A DNA stretch of 64,000 nucleotides from positions 620,001 through 684,000 of the forward strand of contig NC_087245.1 of NCBI RefSeq assembly GCF_037042905.1. The letters are read 5' to 3'. The stretch is from Lytechinus pictus. Lineage: Eukaryota. Positions 63,863 through 64,000 of this stretch are shown here, piece after piece. Within the stretch, counting starts at the first letter, position 1, and the number at the start of each line of letters is the position of its first letter. The translations under genes were made by a program, and so were the position numbers. The notes below the pieces were generated by a model that made no database searches, was not told where the DNA came from, and saw only the letters and a list, made by a program, of their open reading frames with translations.

Positions 63863-64000
63863 CAAGTGCAGTACTGATGGGTGTAATCGTTGGTGTCATC
63901 ATTGGTATCATAGCTCTGGTTGTGATGAAGCCCTCTATCTATCACATGTGGAGAGTAACATGGATCGTGTGTTTAGTTACTATGGGTATCATGTGGGTTC
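63863..64000 (+). CDS. SLCO/OATP-like exon (TM8-9), truncated by the window end
   Basis: CAG acceptor, phase 1; open hydrophobic frame SAVLMGVIVGVIIGIIALVVMKP...WIVCLVTMGIMWV. Confidence 0.75.

Overview
This is AT-rich eukaryotic DNA, most likely from an invertebrate deuterostome (sea-urchin-like; inferred only from the repeat content). Most of the window is nested non-autonomous DNA transposons whose ends can be resolved from terminal inverted repeats (TIRs) and target-site duplications (TSDs). Host genes: (i) a short first coding exon of an SMNDC1/SPF30-like gene on the minus strand (2465-2530, not in the ORF track); (ii) a canonical tRNA-Arg(CCT) at 22164-22236; (iii) five in-phase coding exons of a divergent SLCO/OATP-like transporter from about 59.3 kb, running off the right edge. 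The only intact transposase is a DD34E Tc1 element (44114-45814). Three Russian-doll nests dominate: 2.9-13.0 kb, 13.9-21.2 kb (including a ~3.9-kb foldback with TAA TSD) and 36.2-47.4 kb. The most unusual signal is an unclassified family with only ~5-bp CAC(T/C)C...G(A/G)GTG termini, 8-9-bp TSDs and a covarying subterminal DNA hairpin (CGAGGTTA...TAACCTCG). Four of its five copies sit in or directly against one palindromic TAACCC MITE family, and two of them re-use the target site of another transposon almost exactly. Superfamily assignments rest on terminus/TSD rules only and were not checked against databases.
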